From: a virus
Taxonomy: Duplodnaviria; Caudoviricetes
Length of the DNA: 45,062 nucleotides
Reading direction: 5' to 3' (one strand)
Virus record (IMG/VR): IMGVR_UViG_3300038679_000084
Location: 1-45,062 of that record
The notes below the pieces were generated by a model. The model ran no database searches and was not told the DNA's origin. It was given only the letters and a program-made list of their open reading frames with translations. Shown here one piece after another: positions 43,420-45,062 of this stretch. The position numbers were made by a program, and so were the translations under genes. Every line of letters begins with the position of its first letter. The first letter of the stretch is position 1.

Positions 43420-44148
43420 GTGACCTTGCCGATCGACCTCATGGACCACTTGCGCGATCCAGCTCCAGTCACGCCGTCTAGGCGGGAGCTGGACTTCGCG
43501 CGCCCCGCTGGCATCAGCTTCGAGGGCCGCGCGGGCGCCATGACCCTCCGTGCGTACCGCGCGCTCGGGCAGGCATCCGACAGCCCCATCGCGCGGTACG
43601 CCGTCCTGATCGACGCGGCGCGCCGCGTAAGCGCCAATACCCCGTCCATCAGCGACATCGCCACCCGCGCGGGCGTCCCGGTGCCCGCCCTGCGCCGTTT
43701 GTTGGCATCCCCTAGCACCACGCCCCGCCCAGGGACCATCCTGATGGCCCTGCAAGCCCTCCACGCGGCCTTTTCGATCGCCATGGACCCTACCTACGTC
43801 CCCACGAGGCGGAGACGGCCCACCGGCCGCCCCAAGCCCGTGCTGGCCAATTTCCCGCCCCGTGACAATCCAGCCCAGGCAAGCTTGATGCCCCGCTACG
43901 TACGCGCGACTGGCCTGTCCATCTCCGCCGTGCGGTACTGGGGCGCCGTCGGCGTGACGCCGGTCAGCCGCTGGCGCCGGCGCGCGGAGACCGCGCTCGA
44001 GACTGTCATGCTGGAGACCCTGCGCGTCGGGCGCCCGGAGGTGATCGACAATCACATGGCCTATTACCGCAGGATCGCGATATGGCTTGGCTTTAGCGAG
44101 GATGACTACTGGCGCATCCGTGGCAACGCCGAGTCACAGGCGGCGTAA
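43420..44148 (+). CDS. Helix-turn-helix DNA-binding protein
   Basis: SISDIATRAGVPVPALRRL and a second HTH-like segment (VRATGLSISAVRYW); GTG43420 after GGAG. Confidence 0.6.
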   Translation: MTLPIDLMDHLRDPAPVTPSRRELDFARPAGISFEGRAGAMTLRAYRALGQASDSPIARYAVLIDAARRVSANTPSISDIATRAGVPVPALRRLLASPSTTPRPGTILMALQALHAAFSIAMDPTYVPTRRRRPTGRPKPVLANFPPRDNPAQASLMPRYVRATGLSISAVRYWGAVGVTPVSRWRRRAETALETVMLETLRVGRPEVIDNHMAYYRRIAIWLGFSEDDYWRIRGNAESQAA

Positions 44149-44203
44149 TCACAAAAACGTGAACGGAATCCAGTTGACAAGGAGGGAGAAGTGTAGTTAT
44201 ATA
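44149..44203 (+). promoter_or_regulatory. Early promoter 2
   Basis: TCAC-AAAAAC-GTGA-N11-TTGACA then AGAAGTGTAGTTATATA. Confidence 0.6.
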
Positions 44204-44226
44204 TGTCATCAACAAGGGAGATGGTT

Positions 44227-44436
44227 ATGACCCACACAATTACGGAACTCGACAGGCTGATCGCGGACCTAGAGCGGGTCCGGAGCAGCGCCCTCCACGG
44301 AGAGAAGATTGACGCGCCGTTGGAGAGGTGGAGCCGCGAGGCGCGGTCCTGCTTCCGGGACTACGTGATGGAAATCGCCGAGGAGGCCGGCTGCTTTCTC
44401 GAGGCCGCGTCCCTGCTCACGGGCACGAATTCATAA
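44227..44436 (+). CDS. Small early protein, paralogue of 44570..44863
   Basis: GGGAG RBS; ELDRLIA.L..VR.S.L...WSRE.R..F motif shared with the next gene. Confidence 0.65.
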   Translation: MTHTITELDRLIADLERVRSSALHGEKIDAPLERWSREARSCFRDYVMEIAEEAGCFLEAASLLTGTNS

Positions 44437-44487
44437 AATAATTTAGCGACGCGGCCGGCCTCTTGCCAAGGCCGCGTCCCCACTCGA

Positions 44488-44542
44488 TCACAAAAAAGTG
44501 AACAGAATCTGGTTGACTAAGTGTAAGAAGTGTAGTTATATA
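44488..44542 (+). promoter_or_regulatory. Early promoter 3 (duplicate of promoter 2)
   Basis: TCAC-AAAAAA-GTGA-N11-TTGACT then AGAAGTGTAGTTATATA. Confidence 0.6.
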
Positions 44543-44569
44543 GGTTATGGACACGGGAAGGAGATTGTT

Positions 44570-44863
44570 ATGAATTGCCCCGCCGATGAACTCGACAAGC
44601 TGATCGCGTACCTGAGGCAAGTTCGCGGCTCCACGCTCTACCGGACGGCGCTCGACACGCCACCGGAAACGTGGAGCCGCGAGACGCGGGAAGACTTCAC
44701 GGACCTCGTGTTGGACGTCGCCGAGGCGGCTGACCCCTTTTTCAAGGCCGCGTCCAAGCTTGTGGGAAATCATGACCCTAAATACAATGACCGGGTCGCC
44801 TCCACCGCCGTGCATGACATGCTGCTCGACGACATGAAGGCTTTCGTGGACGATGAAGGATAA
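44570..44863 (+). CDS. Small early protein, paralogue of 44227..44436
   Basis: AAGGAG RBS then ATG44570 (MNCPADELDKLIA). Confidence 0.65.
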   Translation: MNCPADELDKLIAYLRQVRGSTLYRTALDTPPETWSRETREDFTDLVLDVAEAADPFFKAASKLVGNHDPKYNDRVASTAVHDMLLDDMKAFVDDEG

Positions 44864-45062
44864 GTAATAATAGCTTAGACAGTAAAGGATGATAGTTATG
44901 TTGCTCGAAGCCAAGTATATCCGCGCGGCATCGCGCGTTTCCCTAAAGGAGAAAACCAGGGCTTACCTGGGCGGCGTGTACGTCGAGGTAAACAGGGATT
45001 ACACATTCTACGTGGCCACGGATGGTCTCGCTTTGTTCGCGGTCCGGCGAGCTACCTTGGAG
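44823..45062. repeat. Terminal direct repeat / circular overlap, right copy
   Basis: Matches 1-240 with one mismatch. Confidence 0.95.

Noticed and set aside
1-45062. Integrase, attP site or tRNA genes
   Set aside because: No tyrosine or serine recombinase motifs or cloverleaf recognised by eye; absence not verified computationally.

Overview
The window is an apparently complete, circularly closed ~44.8 kb genome of a GC-rich tailed dsDNA phage with podovirus-like organisation; bases 1-240 repeat at 44823-45062 with one mismatch. The + strand arm (43.4 kb through the join to 13.0 kb) carries early and replication genes: an HTH protein, small paralogues, a beta-clamp-like fragment, four tandem HREDGPA-repeat proteins, family A DNA polymerase, Cas4-like PD-(D/E)XK nuclease, VRR-NUC, SNF2-like helicase and AEP primase-helicase. 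The - strand arm (42.5 to 13.0 kb) carries late genes: Arc-like regulator, TerL, portal, lysis cassette, scaffold, major capsid, adaptor/nozzle, several tail spikes/fibres, SGNH hydrolase, GNAT and ejection proteins. The standout is a candidate TIGR-Tas-type RNA-guided system. A nuclease-less Nop/IS110-C-terminal-domain protein (3570-4514, TasA-like) is followed immediately by a dual-repeat array (9-nt edge repeat, 9-nt spacer A, 7-nt loop repeat, 9-nt spacer B; 34-nt period). A second array with the same geometry lies 2.4 kb downstream, right after the Cas4-like nuclease. I saw no integrase, tRNA or classical CRISPR array. All protein calls come from motif recognition by eye, not database searches.
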